DNA from: Cyanidioschyzon merolae
Lineage: Eukaryota
DNA length: 64,000 nt
Direction: 5' to 3' (one strand)
NCBI GenBank assembly: GCA_000091205.1
Contig: AP006501.2
Part shown: one piece after another, positions 25,600-36,272 of the stretch
Layout: each line of letters begins with the position of its first letter
How positions within the stretch are numbered: position 1 is the stretch's first letter
The notes under the pieces: generated by a model
Database searches by the model: none
What the model was told of the DNA's origin: nothing
What the model saw: the letters and a program-made list of their open reading frames with translations, nothing else
Program-made: the position numbers and the translations under genes

Positions 25600-28500
25600 C
25601 TAGAATACCTGCAATACCTCATCAATCGTACCGAATATCGCTTCGAAAAGCGCTTCCTGAGGCATGCCGATTCTGCGCGCGATCTCCTTCCGACGCGGTG
25701 TATCCAGAGACCCGTACAGCTGCAACACATCGCCATCGAGGATAGAGCGCTTCGGTTTCCGAAGACCCGCCGCCACCGTCAAGGAACGCATCACTCGCCA
25801 GGAACGGGCGTACAAACACCATTTGCGAAGCTCCGGCTCCAGCATGAGATCTTGGGCGGCGAGCTCGAGTTTCTTCGCCACGCCGCGTAACAGTGGAGAA
25901 ACCATGGTAATCATCCCGTCAACGGTGCCCAGCAAGATCACATGCGTATTCCAGAGTGACGACGGCTCGTTTGGAGGCGGCGTCTCAGCACTCGGATCAT
26001 CAATGCGTACCCGACGCACCGCGTTCGGCCGCGACCCAACATGGAAACCGGCCTCAAAGGTCATACGCGTTCCACCGGCTGACTCGGGATCCACTGGACT
26101 CGGAATACTCAACTCAATGATGTTGCCAAGCATGTCCGCTGAGAGTACATTCGCCTTGGTACCGTGCATCAACCATTCCGATGCAACCAGTTCACGTTGC
26201 GCCTCATCGCGACAGAGGAAATTCTGCGAAACGTTGCGAGACCTCCAGAAGAGAAACGAAACACCATACCGCATATCCGAAGCGAGAATATACTGTTTCA
26301 ACGTGCCAACATGCGAAAAGAACAAATTAATACCCGGATAAAACGATATACAGGACATTTCGTCCTCGATCAGTTTGTAGACTTCGAGACGCGGTCCAGC
26401 GCTGCAGCACACGAAGCCGCCCTTGACCGGCGCAACCGCCGAAACTGCTCCTTTGACTTCGGTTGCGGCAAGCGTCTGCATCTGGTAGAGGGTTCGCTGG
26501 TGCTGATGGTGCTGGCGGCCCTCTTGTCGACTGATTTCAAAAACAAGCAGGCGACCGCGAATGCTGGTGTCCTCACCCCGCAGGAAGCACGTCCCAACCA
26601 CGAGCACGTCTCGCTCTGTGAAACGTGGTGCCTCGTCGTCGCCGGTGCGCTGAAAATGCCGGATTCTGGTTGCACACATCGCCAGCCCGACCTCGGTCTG
26701 TTCGAGGTCGTAACGCGCCAGCACCTCCAGAGAGTTTCGTGCAAGCAATACGACCGCATGCTGGTCGATCAGCAGCGGCAGATCCCGCTCTCTACCCGAA
26801 TCGAATGGGCGAAGTTTCTGCTCTTCGAAAGCCGCCAGCGCTTTCGGTGGATCATCTGCGACATCACCCGCTACGGACTCGTCGACGCTACGTGCGGTCG
26901 TTGACGGCCAAGGTGTCTCTGCGGTACCGTTAACGCCTCCTGGTGTGGTCATTGCGGATGCACCATTCGCGACGTCGTCCATATCCATGGGCTCCGCCGT
27001 CGACGAGTCGCCACGGGCCCGTATCCCTGCAGTATCACCGCGAGACGCTGGTACTCGACGAGCGTCCGCGTTCAGTAGCAGCGGCTGCGGAGGCTGCATC
27101 CCTGATGAGCGCGTGACTCGGACAGCAGACTCCTCGGCTTCTTGCAGCCCTGGCTCCTGCTGTTGTTCCTGTTGTTCCTGTTGTTGTTGTTGTTTGCGTC
27201 GTGCATGACGTAGCATTGACTCATAGCGATTCCCCTCTAGCAAATACTTGACAGCTGCTTCGGTTGCGGGCACCATACGTCCCACGATCGCTAGAATCGT
27301 GTCCGTAGAGGGATCGTGGAGAAGCCGCTCTACGTATTCGGGCTGCGGCCAGGCGTGCTTCTGCACGAGAAAGTTGCCAACGGCTTGCGCTCGGGCGAGG
27401 ACTGGCCACTGCCCAATACGGACGGTACCGTCCGTCGCCACCGACACAAAACCTTGCGAACATACACCCTCGTGGTGCAGATCCGCGAGCGCAAGCAGCC
27501 CAGGGCCTCGCACCGGGTGGATGGTCGGGTATCCGGTATCTCCGAGCACCAGAATAACCCGTTGACCGATGATGCTGATGCCAGACTTGCCCTGGATACG
27601 CCGGAACGGCATCAGACGAATGGATACGGAACGTCGACTGCTTGCTTTGCTGTCTCGTTCAGGTGCGGTTGTTCCTATTGACGTCGACAGACTCATCGGC
27701 GGCGCATTCGCGGAGACACCGACACTCGGAGTCAACACCGTGCTCAAGGCATCGCTACCGACGCGTGCAAAGCAGAGGATCCCCCGGTTCACAACGTAGC
27801 CGCGATAGAGCACCACCTCACCCGAGGCAAGCACAGCCGCCAGAACTGGACATGTGCGCTCGCCGATGTCGACTAGACAAACGTCGAGCACTTTGCCTTG
27901 TCGGGTGCGTCTCGGGCCAAGCTCTCGGCCGTTCGCAGGCATAGAGCCGAGGCCTTTCGGTGCGTCCTCGCCGGTTGTGGCAGTACGCTTGCGAGGCATA
28001 GACGACGACGACGACGACGACAAAGAAGTCAAACCGGCGCCCTGGCTGGGCGTCGTGGTCCGAGTCCCGCTCTCGAGTGCAGACACCTCGAGCGTTGCTT
28101 CACCGGGCATGCGATGGAGCATGCCCGTCGTACCACCCCTGGGTGATGTCGGCGGAGTCGTCGTTATCGTTGTCGTTGCCGCCGAGGACTCTGCTTCAGC
28201 GTCTGCTTCTGCTGAGGCAGCATCTGTGAAGGACGCAGCTTGTCGCGATCGATCATCCAAAACCTGGTGGACGCCCAGAAAGAAACGCTTGCATCGCAGC
28301 AACAACAAGTTCTTTTCGCTGCCAAGCGCATACAAATACAGGGCACCATCCACGGAAACAACTGCAAGCATGCTGTGCAACGCGGGAACGACAGGCTCCT
28401 CGGGTTGCGAGCCTCGCGCAGTCGTCTCGGGGGTACCGTTGCTGGCTCCCTCGGGAGTCGCATCTGAAACCGCGTCGCTCAGTGCGAGCGCTCCATATAG

Positions 28501-31242
28501 AAATGTCTCCTCTGCGCCCAGTTCAGGGGGTAGATCCGCTCCTGCGAGCGCTCGTTGACCTCGACTCAGTGCAGAGGGCGGTACTGCTCGATGTGTCTCG
28601 CGACTCGACTGGGTTGCTGCTGCAGTCGCCGCTGAGCCCGGTGCTGCGGACGCCCCGCGTCTCCTCAAACGCATTGGCCGTCCAGACGTCCGCAGGTTTC
28701 CAGTGCTTCTCGGTGGTCTGCAAGCGGCCTGAAAATCCCGACACAGCACGCCATCGTAGAGGCTTGCACAGAGCACATGCTCCCTACTGAAAACCAGACT
28801 CAAGCGATAAGTCGTTCGTTCGGCCTCCGCCTCTGAAAAATGCTCCAACCTCCACACCTGTAGACGATGATTCGTGAACCACACCGCAATATACGGATCG
28901 ACCACGCTCGCTCCACTTACAGCTGTCCCCGGCTCAAGGGCGGCCAAGAGCATATCCTCTTCGTAGACGACGTCAAGGTTGGCGTCCAGCAGGCGGATAC
29001 CCGTACGATGCACTTGAGCGATCAGACGTCTCTGGGCTAGATTCCCGGCCGCTATGGTCGGCGACGGAAGCAGCACCCGTGTATCTGCGGCCTGTTCGAA
29101 GCCACGACGGATATCGAGAATCACACTGGACTTGGACAAACTCAACAGAAGGAACGCCTGCTCTTCTTGATGCATCCCAGTGCCGTCGTGATCCGCGTAC
29201 AGGGACCAGACTCGCCGACATCCAGCGGAGGGAATGCGTTGCCACTCCCGAGTCTGCACCTGATAGGTGCAGCGTGCGAGGCAGCTCTGATGTTGATGCC
29301 CTGTTGCAGCCAGGATCTCACCGGGATCCAGCAGCGTACCCGCTGGTGGACTGTAACGCGGGGGAATCACCACCAAATCAACAATCGGACCAAGTTGAAA
29401 GATGGTGTCCCGTTGCTGCAATTCCCATTGTGCTTCTTTGGTAGTCGCGTTTTTGTGCAGTGTCCCGTTCTCTGCAGCTGACGTTCGGGTCCGTCGTCCA
29501 TGCGGGTGCACTTGCGTCATCCGGTACAGTACAGAGGAGCCTAAATGCGCCGCCACAAACAGCAGGTCTCGGCTAAGGAGCTTGGCATCCAGGGGAGCTG
29601 GCGCTAACCGCGACTCTCCGCGAACACGAAGCGCTTCGAGTCGCAGCGGGTATTCTGCATCCGCGTGAAGCGCCAGCTGGTAGACGTTTCCGTCGGCGAG
29701 GAAGAGCCCGTAACGGTGCAAGCGCACCGGCGCGATACATGCACCTCGGAAATGGAGCACTTGTGACGTCCTGCAGCGGCTGATGATGTCGCTGTCGGTG
29801 CCCCCGTACAAGGCGCCCGGGAGCTGGCAACCATCGAGCTCCATGAAGGTATCACCAAAATGATTTCCGCTTAAACTGGCACCGATTTGTCCATTGCCAC
29901 GGATCCAGAACAGCACATTGGCGGCGATTAGCAACAGACCCTGCTCTGCTGCACGATCCCATTCAACAGACGGCAGTGGTACGACTTTTTCTGCGTCGAA
30001 TGGAAGGCCTTGGATTCGCCAGGCAACGAGCGGCTCTTCACCGGCTGCGCCTGCCGGCAGTGGAGGTAGCACAATCGCCGCCAGCGCACACGAGTTGCTC
30101 ACTGCCTCGACGCGGCCTGCCCAGGTCGGTCGTTCTTCGTAGAGCATGACCATGGTCGGCAGTGCGGTTCCGGTTAGGAAGCAGCAGTCCAGAATGCGAA
30201 CATGACCAAGAAGCGCCTCCAACTCGACCGCGTAATAGTAGACTCGATGCGCATCCTGAATGCCTTGATCCCGCTCGGTGATGAGCAGTTTACGGCCACG
30301 CGTCTCTGCGGCGGGTATCCCGGGGAGGATGCGCTCGCTCACTGGCGTTTCTTGGACATCCTCGGTCCAGAGCATTGCTCCTGGTCCATAGGAGGTTCGT
30401 GTATGCGCGTCGCGACCTGCGGTTGGGTCGGCATCGAGGGCGCCTTCGTTGACCACGTCGTCGCGGATGCCGCAATGGGCTAGGGCAGCGCCCGTACCAC
30501 TGCAAAGCGGCGGTGCGAGGATGTACGCTTTGCGCCATGCAGGCACAACCAGTGCACCACAGCGCCCGTCGTTCCACTGGAAATTCGATTCTCTGGACGA
30601 TTCGTTCAAAAAGTCGACCGCAGCTTCGACGGCGTCCACGCAGGTCAGGGGCCGCTCCTCGCCGTAGCCGCCACCACGGCGCCACATGCCGTCACCGAGG
30701 ACTGCGCCCGCCCTCAAGACGACATGCTCTAGGGCCTTGTCAATGGTCAAGGCGGCATCACGAATGCCGTCATCCTGGAGAACATAGACACACTCCTGTG
30801 CAAAACTGTAGACAGCTTGCGCGTACCAGGTCGCAAGCAGCGGTTTGAACTCGACGATCATGGCAATCATGGATACTTGCCCAGCACTACGCGCAACGGC
30901 ACCGCCGCTGAAGCCACTATCAATAGCGACTAGGAGCCAGTCCTTGCGAACTGGTTGCTTCTGGCCCGAAATCCAGACTGGAGACGGGAAACGACTGATG
31001 GAGCCGATGCGCGCAGCGACCTCCGTCTGTGCCACGAGGGTCAGTGTCCCGCGTGCGTCGACTCGGTACAGTTCCAGCCGGTTCAGGTGCGCTACGACCA
31101 GATCAAGCGGCTCGAGCTCGGTTGCCTCTTCCGCGGACTCGGACGCTGGGCTTCCCGAGTGCACGAGCTCGGGGGCAAAGCGCCCGCTCGCCACCGCCAC
31201 GGCACGCGACGCGGGTATTAGTGATTTGTGGATGAGGTCCAT
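25600..31242 (-). CDS. CPSF1: Cleavage and polyadenylation specificity factor 160 kDa subunit (CPSF160/CPSF1, of the DDB1/SF3B3 beta-propeller family), 1880 aa and intronless, with low-complexity insertions.
   Basis: The C-terminal block LLGTVDGMITMVSPLL...LYGSLDTPRRKEIARRIGMPQEALFEAIFGTIDEVL matches the CPSF160 C-terminus (IGTVDGSIGLV.PL...YLYLS..ERSELAKKIGTTPD.ILDDL). The N-terminus LDLVVAHLNRLELYRVDARG..LTLVAQ matches the first propeller blade of the CPSF160/DDB1 family. Confidence 0.8.
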   Translation of the reverse strand: MDLIHKSLIPASRAVAVASGRFAPELVHSGSPASESAEEATELEPLDLVVAHLNRLELYRVDARGTLTLVAQTEVAARIGSISRFPSPVWISGQKQPVRKDWLLVAIDSGFSGGAVARSAGQVSMIAMIVEFKPLLATWYAQAVYSFAQECVYVLQDDGIRDAALTIDKALEHVVLRAGAVLGDGMWRRGGGYGEERPLTCVDAVEAAVDFLNESSRESNFQWNDGRCGALVVPAWRKAYILAPPLCSGTGAALAHCGIRDDVVNEGALDADPTAGRDAHTRTSYGPGAMLWTEDVQETPVSERILPGIPAAETRGRKLLITERDQGIQDAHRVYYYAVELEALLGHVRILDCCFLTGTALPTMVMLYEERPTWAGRVEAVSNSCALAAIVLPPLPAGAAGEEPLVAWRIQGLPFDAEKVVPLPSVEWDRAAEQGLLLIAANVLFWIRGNGQIGASLSGNHFGDTFMELDGCQLPGALYGGTDSDIISRCRTSQVLHFRGACIAPVRLHRYGLFLADGNVYQLALHADAEYPLRLEALRVRGESRLAPAPLDAKLLSRDLLFVAAHLGSSVLYRMTQVHPHGRRTRTSAAENGTLHKNATTKEAQWELQQRDTIFQLGPIVDLVVIPPRYSPPAGTLLDPGEILAATGHQHQSCLARCTYQVQTREWQRIPSAGCRRVWSLYADHDGTGMHQEEQAFLLLSLSKSSVILDIRRGFEQAADTRVLLPSPTIAAGNLAQRRLIAQVHRTGIRLLDANLDVVYEEDMLLAALEPGTAVSGASVVDPYIAVWFTNHRLQVWRLEHFSEAEAERTTYRLSLVFSREHVLCASLYDGVLCRDFQAACRPPRSTGNLRTSGRPMRLRRRGASAAPGSAATAAATQSSRETHRAVPPSALSRGQRALAGADLPPELGAEETFLYGALALSDAVSDATPEGASNGTPETTARGSQPEEPVVPALHSMLAVVSVDGALYLYALGSEKNLLLLRCKRFFLGVHQVLDDRSRQAASFTDAASAEADAEAESSAATTTITTTPPTSPRGGTTGMLHRMPGEATLEVSALESGTRTTTPSQGAGLTSLSSSSSSSMPRKRTATTGEDAPKGLGSMPANGRELGPRRTRQGKVLDVCLVDIGERTCPVLAAVLASGEVVLYRGYVVNRGILCFARVGSDALSTVLTPSVGVSANAPPMSLSTSIGTTAPERDSKASSRRSVSIRLMPFRRIQGKSGISIIGQRVILVLGDTGYPTIHPVRGPGLLALADLHHEGVCSQGFVSVATDGTVRIGQWPVLARAQAVGNFLVQKHAWPQPEYVERLLHDPSTDTILAIVGRMVPATEAAVKYLLEGNRYESMLRHARRKQQQQQEQQEQQQEPGLQEAEESAVRVTRSSGMQPPQPLLLNADARRVPASRGDTAGIRARGDSSTAEPMDMDDVANGASAMTTPGGVNGTAETPWPSTTARSVDESVAGDVADDPPKALAAFEEQKLRPFDSGRERDLPLLIDQHAVVLLARNSLEVLARYDLEQTEVGLAMCATRIRHFQRTGDDEAPRFTERDVLVVGTCFLRGEDTSIRGRLLVFEISRQEGRQHHQHQRTLYQMQTLAATEVKGAVSAVAPVKGGFVCCSAGPRLEVYKLIEDEMSCISFYPGINLFFSHVGTLKQYILASDMRYGVSFLFWRSRNVSQNFLCRDEAQRELVASEWLMHGTKANVLSADMLGNIIELSIPSPVDPESAGGTRMTFEAGFHVGSRPNAVRRVRIDDPSAETPPPNEPSSLWNTHVILLGTVDGMITMVSPLLRGVAKKLELAAQDLMLEPELRKWCLYARSWRVMRSLTVAAGLRKPKRSILDGDVLQLYGSLDTPRRKEIARRIGMPQEALFEAIFGTIDEVLQVF

Positions 31243-31905
31243 TTCGCTGTCCTACTCGTATTCAAAGGACACGAGGACCGTTCCCGATCCGCAGCGGAGC
31301 GCCCTGCCACCCCAAGAAGCGACGTCAGTAGGAGATTGCCGGGAACATGAGCATACGCGTCGACCTGCGCAGCCGGCAGGCACAGCAGCGGCTTGCGCGT
31401 AGCGTCCTGTGGAGAGGTGTCCATTTATGGAAGTAAAATCCCTAAATGTATACTATAATCCCAACTCCCTGGATGAAACGGCCAGGTCAGCGGCTGCTCT
31501 GCTAGACGCTTTCGCGGTACGCTGGGGTGCAGCGCGTCTCGGATGGGTAGTACGACTGACGGATGCTTCTCGTCACGGATCGGCGAAACGAGTCCATCGA
31601 CAAGGGATACATGATCGCGCTATTGATATGGGCATCGCGGGGAGCGCTTATCACTCTTGATTTCACCGTGAATTTCCATGTGCTTCCATGCGTACTTGGC
31701 CTGGAATATGATGCTGATTTCATTCGCTCTACCAGTACCTGGACAAATGCATCGACGAATGCACCGCACATGATCCCCAGCGCAGTGTACCCGTTTGTGA
31801 TGCCCGATCCTTTCTCCCCAGCGGCAGCATCATCGACGCACACCATGGCGAGGTCAGCGGTGCGCTGATCCCGCTGGTTCCGTTCGCAGCAACTCGGAAG
31901 CGTTC

Positions 31906-32982
31906 ATGGTGCAGTTGCTGCCCGGTCGACGTGCTGTTCGCTTGATGCACCCTGAACAAGAGCGAGCTTTGCGTGAACCTTCAAAGAAAGGGAAACGAGT
32001 GCCTTTCAGGTCAGACGCGTTGCCGTCTTGGAGCCCTGGCACGCACGCGGCGTTTGTTTCAGGTGCTGGCTTGCCGAACGCTGTCCGCAGTTGGGTGCGT
32101 CACGGGAGCGCTCGCTGCTCTTCGTCTACGTGCCTTCTGGCGCGAGGCCTGCAGCTGTGCTTCATAACCAGGGTACCTGAAGTGCCGCTGACGGGCGTGT
32201 ACTCGAGGCGGAGTCGGCGAGCTGCGGGAGTTGCGCTGCCGCGCCTCGCGCTACGGGCTGCTGCGAATGAACTGCCGTCCCAAGCGAGGACACGGGGTGC
32301 AGAACTCGCAGAGGCGGTGCGCCGCGAATACCCTCAAATGTTTAACCCGAGTTACACGCCAGACTGGGCTCTCTACGACGAGCGTATTGTCTTCGAAGAC
32401 CCGATCACCCGGCTGGAAGGTATCGGGGCGTACCGGCGGAACATTGAGTTCCTTCGCCAGTCGCCAGTGTTCGGAGACGGGCGTCTCCTGTTGCATGATC
32501 TGAGCATGCCGCAGCCGTGCACGCTCTGCACACGCTGGACGCTCTCTCTGCGCGCGAAGTTTTTTCCTTTCCAGCCGCTCGTGACTTTCACCGGCACATC
32601 CACGTACGAATGGGGTGCCGATCACGGACGCATCGTATCGCATATTGATCGCTGGGATAGTATACAGCGGCAGGCGTACTTTTCTCCAGAGGGATTGCGG
32701 GATCTGCTGATGCAGCTGTTCCGGCAACCGTTCCGCAATCTTGAAGGTACAATTCTGTACCGTTTTCGCGACATCATGATTGTACAGCAGCGGGATGGCG
32801 CGGTCATCGCCCGAGGGGTGTATCGCGCGCTTTCGCTAGCGGAGCTAGAGGCACAGCTAGAGAAAACATTCCCGGTGCATGGGTATCGCGCGGTTTCTGA
32901 GGAAAACGATGCCGAGCGGAGCAATGCAACCGGTCGCGTTCGAGTTCAGGTGCGCAAGGCGGATCCATCACGAAAGCCTTGA
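31906..32982 (+). CDS. DUF2358-like protein (a family of cyanobacterial/plastid origin) with a long N-terminal extension. The true start codon may lie downstream of 31906.
   Basis: The core ALYDERIVFEDPITRLEGIGAYRRNIEFLR...LSLRAKFFPFQPLVTFTGTSTYEW..DHGRIVSHIDRWD follows the DUF2358 pattern (YDEDVVFEDP..F.GL..Y...F..L.......W.L..........G.S.Y.....GKI..H.D.WD). The Arg/Ala-rich N-terminal region resembles a transit peptide. Confidence 0.5.
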   Translation: MVQLLPGRRAVRLMHPEQERALREPSKKGKRVPFRSDALPSWSPGTHAAFVSGAGLPNAVRSWVRHGSARCSSSTCLLARGLQLCFITRVPEVPLTGVYSRRSRRAAGVALPRLALRAAANELPSQARTRGAELAEAVRREYPQMFNPSYTPDWALYDERIVFEDPITRLEGIGAYRRNIEFLRQSPVFGDGRLLLHDLSMPQPCTLCTRWTLSLRAKFFPFQPLVTFTGTSTYEWGADHGRIVSHIDRWDSIQRQAYFSPEGLRDLLMQLFRQPFRNLEGTILYRFRDIMIVQQRDGAVIARGVYRALSLAELEAQLEKTFPVHGYRAVSEENDAERSNATGRVRVQVRKADPSRKP

Positions 32983-34059
32983 GTGCTTTACGTGCCGCTT
33001 CTTTTGAGTAGAATGAACGAAACTGGAAAAGCTGGGTGAAATCCAGTGTGGCCTGGACGCCAAATCTCGCGCTCACCACAAGACGTAGCGTATTCTGATT
33101 CAGACTTCTCGACAGGTGCATACGCTGGCCGTAGCATCGCCAGGCCTAGATTGGCGCATTCCCATTGGAGCAGGGAGCAAGGACATGAATTCACGAGATC
33201 TGCTAGTTTAAAACTGCTAGCCAATGGACTGGCGCTCGTACTAGTGCGCATACTGGATCGCATCGATCAACGATGTCTAGACTCGGAGAGCGAGCTTGGT
33301 GCTTAGCAGCATCTCCCAGGACTGCTGAGGCAGGTTTTCTATGTGCAATAGGAAAGTATACCGGGAGTGTACCGCGATACAAGGCACATACCTGGACTAG
33401 GAAGCGCACACCCTTCGACGTGCCGCTATGAAATTCAAGGCATAAGTTGCGTTCATATCAAGCGTGTAGGTTTCAGTACAGACGAGGCCTGTGAACTGGC
33501 AGCGAGCTTGCTGGTTCTCATGCGCTCGTTTCTCTGCTGTTTTGCATACTTGTCTCAGCAGCGTAAACGGAACACGCCCTGGGGCGCTCAAGTCGTCGTG
33601 CAGCGCAGCCGCTGTGTATGCGGACCGCTCGCCGAACGGCTGCTTGCCGCGATGGATGGATCACAAACGGCCAGGTGCGGTTTGGATCAGACCGTTCAGT
33701 CATCGATCCGGAAACTCCATCTCCCGACGGATTTAATCTGGGTCAGACCCTCGAGCGCCGCTGACGCTTCCGCTATCCAGTACCCGGGGCGCATGACACT
33801 GCGCGCACCACCTACAGGCTTTGCGCCGGTTCCGTACATTCACCTCTTCATTCCAGGACTGGTCCAGTCGAGCCGTGCTCTCCCAGGGCAAATCCGACGA
33901 CCACCTCGCACGCAGATGCAGATAACCAAACGATCGGCTTGCATAGCACCTTTATGTATCAGCAGGCAACTTGTTCTACTTGATGCAAAGAGCGCGCGCC
34001 TCCGACTGAAACAGATAAATTCGAAGAGATGCACAGGAGTGCGCGTAGTATATCGTAGT

Positions 34060-34300
34060 GAGAGACCCTGTCCGTAAACATATACATCCAAAAAACTGTA
34101 AATAGGGGAACGCGTATTCCATCAGAACGAGCCTACGTCCGTAAACATAACCATCCAAGAATGTATGAATAGGAGCAAACGTATTCCGTCAGAACGAGCC
34201 TATGTCCGTAAACATAACCATCCAAAAAACTGTAAATAGGGGAACGCGTATCCCGTCAGTCAGAGACCCTGTCCATAAGCACAACCATCCAGGAACGGAT
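34060..34300. repeat. Tandem repeat of a 67-bp unit in about 3.5 copies, located in the 5' flank of the biotin carboxylase gene.
   Basis: tccgtaaaca(t/c)a...catccaa...gtaaataggggaacgcgtattcc...agaacgagcctac recurs at 34071, 34138 and 34205, with a degenerate copy at about 34262. Confidence 0.75.
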
Positions 34301-34619
34301 GGATCGATGCACGAGCGCGTCGACGCGATCGAACGGCGCGCAGCCTTCGTCGAGCACCGCGGCTCGCACGCAGCGGCGACGATGCGTGCGCATGCGCGGC
34401 AATGCCGCGAGACGCTTCCTCGAAAAACGCGAGAGAGACAGAGAGCCAAAGCGCTGGCTGGAGAGGAACCTCGTGCACCAGGTGTGTCCGCAACGGTTCT
34501 TGGGTAGAGACTTGGCTCAAGACGAACTTGAAGCCGATACAAAAAACGTGAATCTTGGTTTCTCGGACGAGAGTTAAGACCTCCCGGAGCAAACTCGTTG
34601 CACATTCTTATCGCCAGGC

Positions 34620-36272
34620 ATGGAACAGTCGAGCGCATTCATTGCAACACTTGGGGCCGGACGCTCACGAGGAAGCTATGCGCTTTCGCGTCACGCTTGC
34701 GCTACAGCCGGGAACAAAAACCTGTGGCAACGAAAAAAGTCGCTTTCGATACTGGGTTTGAAAGTCGGACGGGGACGTCTCTGTCTCAGGGCGCAAACGA
34801 GTACTGGCGCCGTCTCCAACGCAACTGAAGCAACAGCTGAACGGCCTTTCAAAGTTCTCATTGCGAACCGTGGGGAAATCGCTATTCGAGCGATTCGTAC
34901 CTGTCAAGAGCTGGGCATCCGAACGGTGCAGGTGCACTCCACAGCCGATACTGACTCGCTTGCGGTGCGCATGGCCGACGAGCGAATCTGCATTGGACCA
35001 CCAGCGCCTCGGGAGTCGTACTTGAATATTCCGGCGATCATTTCCGCATGTGAAGTTACGGGCGCGGACGCAGTCTATCCCGGATTCGGGTTTCTGAGCG
35101 AAAACGCACGCTTCGCAGACCTTCTCGAACAGCACGAGATCACGTTCATCGGACCGAGCGCTCGGGCGATCGCGCTCATGGGCGATAAGAGCACCGCCAA
35201 AGCGACCATGCGCCAGGCCGGGGTGCCTATAGTGCCCGGGTCCGACGGTCTACTCCGTGACGTTTCCGAAGCCCGACGAGTCGCACGAGAGATTGGCTAC
35301 CCGGTGATGCTCAAGGCGACCGCCGGTGGTGGCGGTCGCGGGATCCGGCTTGTTCGCTCGGAGTCTGAGCTGGAGAATGCCTACGTTACGTGTGAGCAGG
35401 AGGCGAAGGGTGCGTTTGGCAACGGTGCTCTGTATATGGAGAAGTTCATTGAATCACCTCGCCATGTTGAAATCCAGGTCATTGGAGATAGCCATGGAAA
35501 TGTTATTTACCTTGGAGAACGCGATTGCTCTGTGCAACGGCGAAACCAGAAGTTGCTTGAGGAGGCACCGTCACCTGCTGTGACCCCGGAGATTCGTCAG
35601 CAAATGGGTGAGGCGGCCTGCAAAGCAGCCAAAGCCATCGGCTACTGCGGCGCGGGCACCGTGGAATACATCATGTCGAGCACCGGTGAGTTTTACTTTA
35701 TGGAAATGAATACTCGAATTCAGGTTGAGCATCCTGTCACGGAAATGATTACTGGTCTGGATATTGTGGCATTGCAGATTGCGGTGGCCCGCGGCGAGCC
35801 GCTCCCGCTCCGCCAGGAGCAGGTTGGCCTCAATGGCTGGGCGATGGAAGCGCGAATCAACTGCGAGGATGCGCTCCAGGCTTTTCGGCCAATGCCTGGC
35901 GTCGTGACGAACTTTCTAGCTCCTGGTGGAAATGGTGTCCGTTGGGACGGTTGCATCTATCCGGGGTATAATATTCCGCCGTATTATGATTCTATGCTGG
36001 GCAAGCTTATCTGCTGGGCACCGACACGCGAGGCGGTGATTCGGAAGCTTCGGCGAGCGCTCGGTGAGATGCAAATTGAGGGCATCCCCAGCACCGTACC
36101 CTTCCATCTGGCGCTTCTGGACAATCCTGCTTTTCAAGAAGGAAAAACAGTATATACGAATTTCATCGAACGGGAGGGTATCCTGGACCAGCTCAAGGCT
36201 CGGGTACAAAGTGCAAGCCAGCCTTCAGGGCGAGATGCAGTGGCCGCTGTACCTGCTGCTGCTTCCAAGTGA
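34620..36272 (+). CDS. accC: Stand-alone biotin carboxylase, the AccC subunit of a heteromeric (bacterial/plastid-type) acetyl-CoA carboxylase. It carries an N-terminal extension of about 75 aa that looks like a transit peptide, and it has no BCCP domain.
   Basis: FKVLIANRGEIAIRAIRTCQELGIRTV..HS..D...L.V..ADE..CIGP....SYLNIP.II.A...TGADA..PGYGFLSEN..FA is near-consensus for the AccC N-domain. ATP-grasp motifs are present: MLKATAGGGGRGIRLV and EHPVTEMITGLDIV. The ORF ends about 25 aa after the BC C-domain, so no biotinyl domain is present. Confidence 0.9.
   Translation: MEQSSAFIATLGAGRSRGSYALSRHACATAGNKNLWQRKKSLSILGLKVGRGRLCLRAQTSTGAVSNATEATAERPFKVLIANRGEIAIRAIRTCQELGIRTVQVHSTADTDSLAVRMADERICIGPPAPRESYLNIPAIISACEVTGADAVYPGFGFLSENARFADLLEQHEITFIGPSARAIALMGDKSTAKATMRQAGVPIVPGSDGLLRDVSEARRVAREIGYPVMLKATAGGGGRGIRLVRSESELENAYVTCEQEAKGAFGNGALYMEKFIESPRHVEIQVIGDSHGNVIYLGERDCSVQRRNQKLLEEAPSPAVTPEIRQQMGEAACKAAKAIGYCGAGTVEYIMSSTGEFYFMEMNTRIQVEHPVTEMITGLDIVALQIAVARGEPLPLRQEQVGLNGWAMEARINCEDALQAFRPMPGVVTNFLAPGGNGVRWDGCIYPGYNIPPYYDSMLGKLICWAPTREAVIRKLRRALGEMQIEGIPSTVPFHLALLDNPAFQEGKTVYTNFIEREGILDQLKARVQSASQPSGRDAVAAVPAAASK

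Noticed and set aside
25137-25736. A 199-aa ORF on the minus strand near the CPSF160 3' end.
   Set aside because: It overlaps the CPSF160 stop region and the dispersed repeat, has no homology, and is probably spurious.
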